A DNA stretch of 64,000 nucleotides, taken from contig NC_090378.1 in assembly GCF_036365525.1 (NCBI RefSeq), forward strand, positions 104,972,151 through 105,036,150, read 5' to 3'. This DNA comes from Heterodontus francisci. Taxonomy: Eukaryota. The position numbers and the translations under genes are program-made. The notes beneath the pieces were generated by a model. The model was not told the origin of the DNA. It saw only the letters and a list, made by a program, of their open reading frames with translations, and did not search any database. This document shows positions 24,289-37,000 of the stretch, piece by piece. Numbering within the stretch: the first letter of the stretch is position 1; every line of letters begins with the position of its first letter.

Positions 24289-25217
24289 TGTTATGCTAGA
24301 CCCCCACCTGCCAAGAATGAGGCATATTAATTTCACCATATGGACATTACATTTCAAACTGTTGCTGAAGTGAAGAAAGGACTTGTTAAAAAAACCACCA
24401 GGCCTTTGGCTGGAAAAACATTTTTGCATACCAACATCCAGTGGTTGGAAGGACAAAGGGGCTATTCCCTGCTCCAATTTAACCCACAATGGACTTTGAG
24501 CGCCTGGCATTGTGTGCAAGAAGAGACATTCCAGGGTAGGCTAATACCAGAAAATCCACAAACAAACATGGTCAGACCAGCTAGTCACATGACTAACCAG
24601 CTTGGCAACCTGGGTTTTTCTTAATTGTACAAACAATTTGAACTCAGAGTGTCTGTTTTCTCCTGGACTGAAAAGACCTCTGCTGGCTGGCTCATCACAG
24701 CCTCTCCTGTCTGCTCCCATCTCTTTCTCATGAAACTCCAAATCCACTAAAGACACATGAACCCCAAGAGAGAAAAGTCTCCTACAGCGAATAAGGTTTA
24801 AGAAGAATACTGGACTCCAATGAAAAGCAAGACCTGCCTACAATCAAGGGCTTTACAGCGAGCTCAAAGAACAGTAACCAAAACCATCTTCAGATATTGT
24901 CTCAAACTTTTCCACTTTATTTCTTCTGCCCTTTTCTGTCTCTATCTGCATGTGTGTATCACGTATGCATGTTAGTGTGGGCGCGTTGCATATCTGTAGG
25001 CGTTAACCGAATTAAAGTTTAATAAAGTTCAACCTTTTTTCTTTAAACCTAAGAAAACCTGTTTGGCTAGTTTCTTTGCCTTATAATGGGAAGTTAGTGA
25101 ACAAGGATTCACCAAGGGGGAGTGAAAAACAGTGTGTTTAAAATTAAACCCTGTTACGGTAAGACCAGGTGAAGACTGAGAGGGAACCCTAGACACCTTT
25201 CTCACCTGGTCATAACA
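24289..25217 (+). mobile_element. Solo LTR (929 bp)
   Basis: TGTTATG...CATAACA termini; exact 4-bp TSD atac (24285-24288, 25218-25221); aataaa at 25021. Confidence 0.88.
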
Positions 25218-27534
25218 ATACCATGTTTGTCAATCCAACATTCTCAAAGGAGCTTCCTGGTTCTTCCTTCTATCACAATGGATGGTCACACCACTTGTCT
25301 TCCTGACCACCTCACTCTACCTGTGAGATGACCATCTCCTAAGTGTGTACTTCTGTAATCCCTCAGCTTCCTACATTCAATAGAACATCTCCAGTTGTTC
25401 TTCAAACTCAAGCTGATTTAACAAGTGGTCTTCCTGGACAAGAGGAGGTATCCGGGACTTACCATCTTGTACAAGAACCACACAACACCAGCTTTAGTTG
25501 ACCCTCATTTAACTAAACTGTTCTGTCCTAAAGATTTAACACATTCAAATATAAAATTTTAGGCCACAAAGTTCCTCAGAGTAGTTTCTGTTCCAGTGAG
25601 GTTACAGCGGCAGAGCTTGAACAGATCTGAGGAAATTCCTGGTCTTCACGATTTAACCAATCAAATTTATTTTTAGGTCAAATGTACATTACAGCTGATT
25701 TCTCTTGAGTTGACTAGTTGCTGATATACATCTTTGCTGGATGTCTTCCAACACCTCATTAAAATGGCTCATATTCTTATGCAGGTGATATGACTGCAAG
25801 GGGCATCATTATTAAGTCCATTCCTGTCCTCACCTGACTTTTACACAATGGTACATACAGCAAGGGCTTTTGCTTCTTCATCAACAGCAGCAACCCCAGC
25901 TTAAACCAGATTCCCAATATAGAGCCCCTACTGTCACCCTGGCTAAAATTAATTATCGCAGAATTAAACCTCGGACCTCCCTACTATATGACTTATTGTC
26001 TTAATCTGCTGAGCCATTAAAGGGCCATGAATTGTAGAAATTCTATTTTCCAACCCTAGACAGTGGAAAGCATTAATATAGTTGAGATTGGCAAACCAAC
26101 ATGGTCAATTTGGTTTTAATAGAGTGTAATTTTAACTTTGGGTGATATGGTAAATTGGGCGATAAACAATGCAGCTACCCATTGGACAGCACTCTCAATT
26201 TTCATCTCGATTGTTCCCCCCCCCCAAAAAATGCAGCAGGTATTTCTAGTTTTCTATCTCAGTGAGAGAGCAGCATATCTACGTGAACTCTTCCATTGTT
26301 TGGCAGTTACCTTTTCTCCTTCAGATTCCTGGACTCGACTCCATGGGCTTAGAGTGCAGGCTGGGGATCTGGCCCCTCCATCCCAACAATTGAGGAATGT
26401 GTTTGTGTGTGGGCAGGTCACAGGTGGGGCCCTGCACCCTACCAAAGTTCTATGGCACAGCCCGAAATATCACAGTGAAATCCTAAAAACTACCAGTTCA
26501 GGAACAGGTTTATTTGCACAGCACCATGATTAGCTGCACAACATCCTAGAGAGAGCAAATATAACATGCGGCAAGAAACAAAAGAATTAACCCACATGTT
26601 CCAGGTTGGCACAACTTACTGGATACCCAGCATGCTAGCAATAGGTGGACTTTGGCTGAGATAACTGGCGTAAATCTCCCATCTTTTACAGCCAGGGGTG
26701 CAATGAGGTTTTGCTCATGGAGAAAGTAGCACTTGCACTGTTGTGCCAAAGCAGCTGTTGTGTTCTCTCTGCCTGAACACCCAACTTACGAAAAACTGTG
26801 ATCTTATCATTTAGTTCATTTCTCTTGCCTTATCCTCTTTTTAAGCAAGATTGCAAAAAGGGTCAAGCTTGGTGTTAACCTAGTCACAACATCCTGATTT
26901 ACCTTCTCTTTGTCTACTTTTTTCTGCTTAGGTGATGTCCAGTACTGTGAACATGAGACTTTGATGAGACTTTCAATTAAAAAAGAAAGAGTGACTGGCT
27001 GATTAGCACCAGTCAGTGGTCAATATTGAGAAATGTTGTGGTGTGAAATCGGACTGAAAGAGCCCGCGTTCCTCCCATGCACAACACTGCCAACACTCAC
27101 TATACCCTTGCGAGATTTTTAAATGTGCATGCTTGAGTCTTTCTTTCTACATGCTTGAAACCAAGATCAATGATTATCCCATCTGCCTTGGCTGTTGCTG
27201 TCATGGCCACTTCCCAACGGAAACACTGACACAGTGTGTAATAAAGGGTACTCTTTTCTAAGGCATAATGCCAGTGCTTACCTCCAGAATATGAGAAGGA
27301 TTTTCAATTGGATTAAGTTTACATTTACATTGCTAGAGGCTAAGGGCCTGATTGTAACACACACCCTGGAACTCTGCTTCGTAACAATTGCCTTCCAAAT
27401 GTGACATTTGGAAGGCGATTCAAAGCTTTTAGTGAAAGCTTTCTGCTTAGATATCTATGCGCATTGCATCTGTGAACCTGAGAGGGCCCAATTAAATGAA
27501 AGAATAATAGAAATTATTTATGTATGTTCAATAC

Positions 27535-27667
27535 CTATTGCATGGCCATCAGCACACATGTACTCCACCAAGTTCAGCTCTGGAGGAGGAGGGCAATCTC
27601 CATGCACCTGCTCACACAGTGTAAAGTCTTCTGTCCAAGTGCCATCTTTAGTACAACGGGTGGGGTC
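27535..27667 (-). CDS. PAPPA2: Pappalysin-2 internal coding exon (133 nt)
   Basis: ttctatag|GAC CCC...GCA ATA G|gtattg. Translation [44 protein letters not shown](G) vs recalled human [46 protein letters not shown]. Phase 0 to 1 joins the neighbouring exons in frame. Confidence 0.95.
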
Positions 27668-27851
27668 CTATAGAAATCCAAATATAACAACAAGAGTTAA
27701 AGTCAATAACAGTGGCAACTATAAAAGTGTGAAATGTCACATGCTATCTCCCCATCCCTCTTTATCACATCTATTGAAGTGCTCTGATATCACTTGGCAT
27801 GTGTCTTGGGGTTGCACTACACACATAGCAACAAGGTAAGCTAACACACAG

Positions 27852-28051
27852 GACGGGGGGAGGAGGGCGAGCAGAAATGCATTTGCATAGCGTTGCTTCA
27901 AGCTATGCAGACTGATGTCAAACCCCGCCGGCCAGTCCCTGTGCAATGTCCTTCACTATCATCAATTAGAATGTTGTCTGCCCCATGGCTCTGTCTGCCC
28001 CCGGGGAATTGATGTAAGTTTGTGTAGTACCGCATAAACAAATTTCTCCCC
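27852..28051. mobile_element. Truncated Harbinger-like MITE inside the first minisatellite unit
   Basis: Right end aaatttctcccc; cag on both sides; interrupts aggtaagctaacacacag|...|cagg.tctc. Confidence 0.5.
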
Positions 28052-28065
28052 CAGGATCTCATTAC

Positions 28066-28813
28066 AAGGTAAGTTAACACACAGGCTCTCTCCAGCGGGT
28101 AGGGTAACACACAGGCACTCTCCAGAGGGTAGGTTAACACACAGGCACTCTCCAGCGGGTAGGGCAACACACAGACACTCTCCAGCGGGTAGGTTAACAC
28201 ACAGGCACTCTCCAAGAGGTAGGTTAACACACAGGCACTCTCCATGAGGTAGGTTAACACACAGGCACTCTCCAGAGGGTAGGTTAACACACAGGCACTC
28301 TCTAGAGGGTAGGTTAACACACAGGCACTCTCCAGGAGGTAGGTTAACACACAGGCACTCTCCAGAGGGTAGGTTAACAAACAGGCACTCTCCAGGAGGT
28401 AGGTTAACACACAGGCACTCTCCAGAGGGTAGGTTAACACACAGGCACTCTCCAGGGGGTAGGTTAACACACAGGCACTCTCCAGGGTTAAAGTTAACAC
28501 ACAGGCACTCTTCAGGGGGTAAGTTAACACACAGGCTCTCTCCACAGGATAAACTAACACACAGGCGTTCTCCACGGGGGTAAGCTAACACACATGCTCT
28601 CTTCAGGGGGGTTGGTTAACACACAGGCTCTCTTCAGGGGGTTTGGTTAACACACAGGCTTTCTTCAGGGGGGTTGGTTAACACAGGCACTCTCCGGGGG
28701 GTTGGTTAACACACAGGCTCTCTTCAGGGTGTAGGTTAACACACAGGCTCTCTCCACAGGATAAACTAACACACAGGCGTTCTCCACGGGGGTAAGCTAA
28801 CACACAGGCTCTC
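28066..28813. repeat. 30-bp minisatellite, ~25 units (aggttaacacacaggcactctccagagggt)
   Basis: Directly visible tandem array without unique spacers. Confidence 0.97.
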
Positions 28814-29842
28814 TGCATGACAAAGACATTAGAGAGAAAGCATCTTAGCCCAGAAAATCACGTGGAGCTAAGAAATAGCAAAGGACAAAAAACATTGGTG
28901 GGCCTAGTCTGTTGGCCCCCTATCAGTAGTTCTTGTTGGATTGACTATAAATCAGCAAAATTAGAAGAGCATGTAACAAGGGTAATGCAATAATCATAGT
29001 GGATTTTAATATTACAGACTGGGAAAACCAAGTTGGCAAAAGTAGTTTGGAAGATGAATTCATGGAATGCATCAGGACAGTTTTCCAGAACAAAATGTCA
29101 AGAAACCAACTAGCCAACAGGCTATTTTAGATCTAGGATTGTGTCATGAGACAAGTTAATTAGTAATCTTATAGTAAAGGATCTTCTGGGAACAGCACTC
29201 ATATAATCCTGTGTTGTAGCTTCACCAGGTTGGCACCTCATTTTTAGGTATTCCTAGTGCTGCTCCTGGTATGCTTTCCTGCATTTCTCATTGGACCCGG
29301 GTTGATCCCCTGGCCTGATGGTATTGGTAGAATGAAGGATATGCTGGACCATGAGGCTACAGATTGTGGTCGAATACAACTCTGCAGCTGCTGATGGCCA
29401 AAGCACCTCATGGATGCCCAATTATGAGCTGCTAGATCCGGTTTGAATCTATCTCATTTAGCACAGTGGTTGTGCCACGCAACATGATGGAGGGTATCCT
29501 CAGTGTGAAGACCAGACCTTGTCTCCACAAGTACTGTCACTCCTACCACTACTGTCACAGACAGATGTATGTGTGACAGGTAGATTGTTGAGGATGAGAT
29601 CAAGTTGGTTTTTCCCTCATGATGGTTCTCTCACCACCTGGCATGAGGTCTACAGAAGGGCAGCAAGTGGTAATCAGTAGGTTTCCTCGCCAATGTTTCA
29701 TCTGATGTCATGAGACTTCATGGCGTCCAAAGTCAATGTTGAGGATTCCCAGGGCCACTCCCTCCTGACTGTATACCATTGTGTCGCCACCTCTGGTTGG
29801 TCTGTCCTGCTAGTGGGACAGGACCTACCTAGGGATGGTGAT

Positions 29843-31452
29843 AAGAACATAAATAGGAGCTGAAGTAGGCCCTTAGGCCCCTCAAGTCTGCTCTGCTATT
29901 CAATAAGATCATGACTGATCTGATTATGGCCTCAATTCCACTCTCCTGCCTGCTCCACATAACCATTGACTCCCTTGTGGATCAAAAGTCTGTCTAACTC
30001 AGCCTTGAATATATTCAATGACCCAGCTTCTACTGCTCTGAGGTAGAGAATTCCAAAGATTAACAACCCTCTGAGAGAAGAAATTCCTCCTCATCTCCAT
30101 CTTAAATGGGAGATCCCTTATTTTAAAACTGTGCCGCTGAGTTCTAGATTCCCCCACAGGGGGAAACATCTTCTCAGCATCTACCCTGCCAAGCCCCCTC
30201 AGAATCACACATGCTTCAATAAGATCACCTCTCATTTTTCTAAACTCCATTGAGTATGAGCCCAACCTGCGCAACCTTTCTTCATAAGACAATCCCTTCA
30301 TCCCAGGAGCCAACCTAGTGAGCTGTCTCTGAACTGCCTCCAGTGCAAGTATATCCCTCCTTAAACAAGGAGACCGAAACTGTATGCAGTACTCTAGGTG
30401 TGGGTCTTACCAACACCCTATATAGATGTAGCAAGACTTTCCTACTTTTATACACCATCCCCTTTTCAATAAAGGCCAACATTACATTTGCCTTCCTAAT
30501 TGCTTGCTGTACCTGCATGCTAACTTTTTTTGTTTCATGTACGAGGACAGCCAGATCCCTCTATCCTGCAGCATTCTGTTGTCTCTCACCATTTAAATAA
30601 TATTTTGTTTTTCTATTTTTCCTATCAAAGTGGATAACTTGACATTTTCCCACATTATACTCCATCTGCCAGATTTATGTCAATCACATGACCTACCTAT
30701 ATCCGTTTGCAGACTCGCTGGGCTGCATTTTATGTTGTGACCGTAAAAATGGCAGTGCAGGCTTTACTCGGCAGACGGAGATCCGAAGGTGTGGGAGTGC
30801 CAGCCACTGGCACGAAAATCGCATCAGGATCAACGGCGGGAGCGGGTAAGTAATTAATTCATTACTTTTTATATATTAACATATTTAAATTTTGATGGCC
30901 AGGGGGCTGCCACAAGGCCTCGCCGCCACTGGCAATATGGGGCCGGGCCTTCCCTACGTCAAGGCCCATGGCTGGCCTCTCCCAGAGGCATTTTCTGGGC
31001 CCCCTGCAACAACCTCTGACGTAGAGGGGAGTCTGTAAAATTTGCCCCTCTGTGTCCTCCTCAAAACTTGTTTTCTCACCTACCTTTGTATGGTCAGCAA
31101 ATTTGGCTACAATACTCGTGGTCCCTTCACCCAAGTCATTAACATAGATCATAAATAGTTGAAGCCCCAGCACTGATCCCTGTGGCACTCCATTAGTTAC
31201 AGTTTTCCAACCTGAAAATGACCTATTTATCCTGTCTGTTTCCTGTTAGTTAGCCAATTCTCTATCCATGCTAATATATTACCCCCAACAACATGAGCTC
31301 TTACCTTGCATTGTAATCTTTTATGCGGCTCCTTATCTCATGCCTTTGGAAATCCAAATACACTACAATTACTGGTTCCCCTTTATCCACCCTGTTTGTT
31401 ACATCCTCAAAGAACTCTAATAAATTTGTCAAATATACATCCTCAAAGAACC
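29843..31452 (-). mobile_element. 5'-truncated CR1 LINE with MITE inserted
   Basis: Minus ORFs MPQGSVLGLQLF..KFADHTK, MQVQQAIRKAN, LWNSLP; tail aagaacataaataggagc at 29843. Confidence 0.9.
30721..31047. mobile_element. Short Harbinger-like MITE
   Basis: ggctgcatttt ... aaaatttgccc termini preceded by ctg; internal segment repeated at 32275-32355. Confidence 0.7.
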
Positions 31453-31477
31453 CCTCTGATGGAAGAGTCTGAAACAT

Positions 31478-31580
31478 TTATAACAGTGACTAACTTAAAG
31501 AAGAAGTACTTCATTGGCTGTAAAGCACTTTGAGACGTCCGGTGGTCGTGAAAGGCACTATATAAATGCACCTCTTTCTT
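31478..31580 (+). mobile_element. DeuSINE tail fragment
   Basis: aagtacttcattggctgtaaagcactttgagacgtcc...aaaggcactatataaatgca. Confidence 0.75.
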
Positions 31581-34093
31581 TTTTTAAAAAAATTGGCTGA
31601 AAGTCATACTCACAGAATTATACCTATGTCAAGCTGTTGATTGACTTGTCTGTGGGACAGCTCTCCCTATTTTGGCACAAGTCTCCAGATGTTAGTCAGG
31701 AGAACTCTGCAGGTTAACTGGACTGGGTGTGTCTTTGTCCGGTGCCTCAGTCGATGCCAGTTTTATTCTTATTAAACAATTTCATAGCAGTTTGATACAA
31801 CAGGTTATCTCAGAGGACAGTTAAGAATCTGGAGTGACATGCAGGTCAGAATGGATAAGGACGGCAGATTGCTTTCCCTGAAGGACATTAGTGACCAGAT
31901 GGGTTTTTACAACAATCCAAATGTTTCATAATCACCATTACTGATCCTAGCATTTTATTCCAGATTTACTTAATTCACTGAATTTAAATTCCCCAGGTGC
32001 CGTGGAGGGATTTGAACTCGTGTCTCCGGATCATTAGTCCAGGCTTCTGAATTACTAATCTAGTACCATATCCCTTCCAACCATAGCTAACTAGAGAAAT
32101 TAACAATCATATTACATGAAAGAAAGATGCTTGCAATACTGTCAAAAAGAGCAGTCAGCCTGAGGATTGGGAAGATTTTAGAAATTTCCAAAGGATGACC
32201 CAGAAATTGATAAAGAAAGAGAAAATAGAACATGAGAGTAAATAAGAAAGAAATATAAAGACAAATGTGAAAGTTGAGCGGCGGGGGGGCTGCCGCAAAG
32301 CCTCGCCGCCGCCAGCAATTTGGGGCCGGGCCTTCCCAGGGTCAAGGCCCATGGCAAAAATGTAAAATGGAAGAACTTAGCAAAGCTAAACAGGGGTCTC
32401 TTAGAGGCAGAGACAGGAGAAAATATAATGGGGAGTAAGGAAATGGCAGGCACGTTAAACAAATATTTTGCATCTATTTTACCAGTGGATGACACTAAAA
32501 ATATTCAGGAAATAGTGAACCATCTAATGAATGGGAAGAACTTTAAAATTACTAATAATTGGTCAAGAAAAATATTGCAGAAGTTCATGAGCCTAAAAGC
32601 TGACAAATGCCCAGGACTTGGTTGCCGTACCTCATATGGTTTTAAAAGAGGTGGCTTTAGAGACAGTGAATGCATTGGTTTTGATCTTCCAGAATTCTGT
32701 ACAATCTAGAACAGTCCCTGTGATTTGGAAGGGAGCAAATGGAACCCTGCTGTTCAAGAAAGGAGGGAGAGAGAAAACAGGGAACTATAGTCCAGTTAGC
32801 CTGACATCAGTAGTAGGGAAAATGCTAGAATCTACTATTAGGGACATGGTAACTGGGCACTTAGAAAATCACAATATGATTAGGCAGCGTCAACAGTTTT
32901 ATGGAAGGGAAATCATTTTTGACAAATCTATTAGAGTTTGCTGAGGATGTAAATAGCAGAATAGAGAAAGGAAGCAGTGGATGTGTATTTGGATTTTCAT
33001 GGCATTCGATAAAGTATCACACAAGGGGTTATTGTACAAGGTGAAGGCTCATGGAGTTAGAGAAATATATTAGCATCGACTGAGCATTGGTTAACAGACA
33101 GAAAACCGAGAGTAGAAATAAATGTGTAATTTTTGGGTTGGCAGGTTGTAACTAGTGGGGTGCTGCAAATCAGTGCTGGGGTCTCAGCTACTTACAATCT
33201 ATATCAATAACTTAGATGCAGAGACCGAGTGTAATGTATCCAAATTTGCTGATGATACAAAGCTAGGTGGAAAGGTAAGCTGTGAGGAGGGCACAAAGTG
33301 GCTGCAAAGGGATCGAGACAGATTAGTGAGTGGGCAAGAAAGTGGTAGATGGTGTATAATGTTTTGGAAATATGGAATTATTCGTTTTGGTTGGAAGAAC
33401 AAAAAAGCAAAATATTGTTTGAAAGGTGAGAGACTAGTAAATATTGGTATTCAGAGGGATTTGGGTGTTTTTTTACATAAATTATAGAAAGTTAACATGC
33501 AGGTACAGCAAGCAACAGGAAAGGCAAGTAAAATGTCAGCCTTTATTGCAAGGAAGTTGAAGTATAAGAGTAAGGAAGTTTTGCTGCAATTATATAGGGC
33601 TTTGGTGAGACTACACCTGGACTACTGCGTACAGTTAAAGTCTCCTTGCCTAATGAAGGATTCACTTGCTTCAGAGGGGGTGCAAAAAAGGTTCTCTAGA
33701 TTGTTTCCTGGGATGAGATGGCTGTCCTATGAGGAGAGATTGAGTAGAATGGGTGGATATTCTTTGGAATTTAGAACATTGAGAGGTGACCTCACTGAAA
33801 TGTATAAAATTCTTAGAGGACTTGACATGGTAGATGCCAAGAGGATGTTTCCCCTAGCTGGGGAGACTAGAACTAGGAGTCACAGTCTCAGGATAACAGG
33901 TCGGCCAACTAGAACTGAGATGAGGTGAAATTTCTTCACTCAGAGGGTTATGAATCTATGGAATTTTCTACTCAAGGGCTATGGATGTTCAGTTGTTGAC
34001 TATATTCATGACTGAACAGATTTTTGGACACTAAAACAAAAAACGAGGGAGATGTGGATAGGGCAGGAAAGTGGAATAGAGGTATTTGATCAG

Positions 34094-37000
34094 CCATGGC
34101 ATCAAGACAGCATTTGAACATGTATGGCATCAAGGAGCCCTAGCAAAACTGGAGTCAATGGGAATCAGGGAGAAAACTCTCCAATGGTTGGAGTCATACC
34201 CCGCACAAAGGAAGATGGTTGTGGTTGTTGGAGATCAATCATCTCAATCCCAGGACATCACTGCAGGAGTTCTTCAGGGTAGTGTCCTCGAAACCAACCA
34301 TCTTCAGCTGCTTCATCAATGAACTTCCCTCCATCATAAGGTCAGAACAAGGGGATGTTCGCTGATGATTGCACAATGTTCAGCACCATTCGCAATTCCT
34401 CAGATGATGAAGCAGCCAGAGTACAGATACAGTAAGACCTGGACAACATCCAGGCTTGGGCTGAAAAGTGGCAAGTAACATTCGTGTCACACAAGTGCCA
34501 GGCAATGACCATCTCAAACAAGAGAGAATCTAACCATTTCCCCTTAATGTTCAATGGCATTAAAATTGCTAAATCCCCCACCTTCAACATCCTGGGGCTT
34601 ACCATTGACCAGAAACTGAATTGGACCAGCCATATAAATACTGTGACTACAAGAGCAGGTCAGAGGCTGGTTCACTAATGCCTGTTAGGGAAGGAAATCT
34701 GCTGTCCTTACTTGGTCTGGCCTACATGTGACTCCAGACCCACAGCAATATGGTTGACACTTACATGCCCTCTGAAATGGCCTAGAAAGCCATTCAGTTG
34801 TATCCAACCGCTACGAGGTCAATAAAAAGGAATGAAACTGGATGGACCAACTGGCATTGACCTAGGCACCGGAAACGACAACGGCAAACCCAGCCCTATT
34901 GACCCTGCAAAGTCCTCCTTACCAACATCTGGGGGCTTGTGCCAAAGTTGGGAGAGCTGTCCCACAGACCAGTCAAGCAACAGCCTGACATAGTCATACT
35001 CACTGAATCATACCTTACAGACAATGTCCCAGACACTGCCATCACCATCCCTGGGTATGTCCTGTCCCACCAGCAGGACAGACCCACCAGAGGTGGTGGC
35101 ACAGTGGTATACAGTAGGGAGGGAGTTGCCCTGGGAGTCCTCAACATCGACTCTGAACCCCATGAAGTCTCATGGCATCAGATCAAACATGGACAAGGAA
35201 ACCTCCTGCTGATTACCATCTACCGCCCTCCCTCAGCTGATGAGTCAGTACTCCTCCATGTTGAACAGCACTTGGAGGAAGCACTGAGGGTGGCGAGGGC
35301 ACAAAATGTACTCTGGGTGGGGGACTTCAATGTCCATCACCAAGAGTGGCTCATTAGCACCACTACTGACTGAGCTGACCGAGTCCTAAAGGACATATCT
35401 GCTAGACTGGGTATGCGGTAGGTGGTGAGGGAACCAACAAGAGGGGAAAACATACTTGATCTCGTCCTCACCAATCTGCCTGCCACAGATGCATCTGTCC
35501 ATGACAGTATTGGTAGGAGTGACCACCGCACAGTCCTTGTGGAGACGAAGTCCGGCCTTCACATTGAGGATACCCTCCATCGTGTTGTGTGGCATTACCA
35601 CCGTGCAAAATGGGATAGATTTTGAACAGATCTAGCAATGCAAAACTGGGTATCTATGAGGCACTGTGGACCATCAGCAGCAGCAGAATTGTACTCAACC
35701 ACAATCTGTAACCTCATGGCCCGGCATATCCCCCACTCTACCATTACCATCAAGCCAGGAGACCAACCCTGGTTCAACGAAGAGTGCAGGAGGGCATGCC
35801 AGGAGCAGCACCAGGCATACCTCAAAAAAATGAGGTGTCAACCTGGTGAAGCTACAACACAGGACTATCTGCATGCCAAACTGCATAAGCAGCATGCGAT
35901 AGACAGAGCTAAGCGATCCCATAACCAACGGATCAGATTTAAGCTCTGCAGTCCTTCCACATCCAGCCATGAATGGTGGTGGACAATTAAACAACTAACT
36001 GGAGGGGGTGGCTCCACAAATATCCCCATCCTCAAAGATGGGGGAGCCCAGCACATCAATGCGAAAGATAAGGCTGAAGCATTTACCACAATCTTCAGCC
36101 AGAAGTGCCGACTTGATGATTCATCTCGGCCTCCTCCTGAAGTCCCCAGCATCACAGATGCCAGACTTCAGCCAATTCGATTCACTCCGCGTGATATCAA
36201 GAAACGACTGAAGGCACTGGCTACAGCAAAAGCTATGGGCCCTGACAATATTCCGGCAATAGTACTGAAGACCTGTGCTCCAGAACTTGCCACGCCCCTA
36301 GTCAAGCTGTTCCAGTACCGCTACAACACTGGCATCTACCCTGCAATGTGGAAAATTGCCCAGGTATGTCCTGTACACAAAAAGCAGGACAAGTCCAATC
36401 CGGCCAATCACCGCCCCATCAGTCTACTCTCAATCATCAGTAAAGTGACGGAAGGTGTCATCGACAGTACCATCAAGCGGCACTTGCTTAGCAATAACCT
36501 GCTCAGTGACGCTCAGTTTGGGTTCTGCCAGGGCCACTCAGCTCCTGACCTCATTACAGCCTTGGTTCAAACATGGACAAAAGAGCTGAACTCAAGAGGT
36601 GATATGAGAGTGACTGCCCTTGACATCAAAGCAGCATTTGACCGAGTATGGCATCAAGGAGCTCGAGCAAAATTGAGGTCAATGGGAATCAGGGGGAAAA
36701 CCCTCCACTGGCTGGAGTCATACCTCGCGCAAAGGAAGATGGTTGTGGTTGTTGGAGGTCAATCATCTGAGCTCCAGGACATCACTGCAGGAGTTGCTCA
36801 AGGTCGTGTCCTCGGCCCAGCCATCTTCAGCTGCTTCATCAATGGCCTTCCTTCAGTCATAAGGTCAGAAGTGGGGATGTTCGCTGATGATTGCACAATG
36901 TTCAGCACCATTCGTGACTCCTCAGATACTGAAGCAGTCCGTGTAGAAATGTAGCAAGACCTGGACAATATCCAGGCTTGGGCTGAGAAGTGGCAAGTAA

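Larger units (their letters stand above)
29205..32072 (-). mobile_element. 5' part of Zenon-like LINE with tRNA-like head (pieces 31602-32072 and 29205-29842)
   Basis: Minus strand runs head with B box gttcaaatcc (32008-32017), 5'UTR, EN start (aacatctggagacttgtgccaaaatagggagagctgtcccacagac), then EN/linker colinear with 35040-35870. Confidence 0.85.
28830..34093 (+). mobile_element. CR1 LINE (EN at 28830-29205; linker/RT/3' at 32075-34093; tail resumes 38353-38760)
   Basis: EN-like gtggagctaagaaatagcaaagg; ORFs with WKGANGTLLFKKGG, SKFADDTK, LYRALVRLHLDY; tail gatcagccatg|...|atgaccttattgaat. Confidence 0.85.

Noticed and set aside
27898-28591. 225-aa and 209-aa repeat ORFs as genes
   Set aside because: They are open only because the 30-bp unit lacks stops in those frames; no evidence of splicing or homology.
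28066-28813. CRISPR array
   Set aside because: Units are head-to-tail with no unique spacers, there are no cas genes, and the context is a vertebrate intron.
35638-36954. 438-aa ORF as a host gene or active RT
   Set aside because: It is a segment of a LINE ORF bounded by premature stops.
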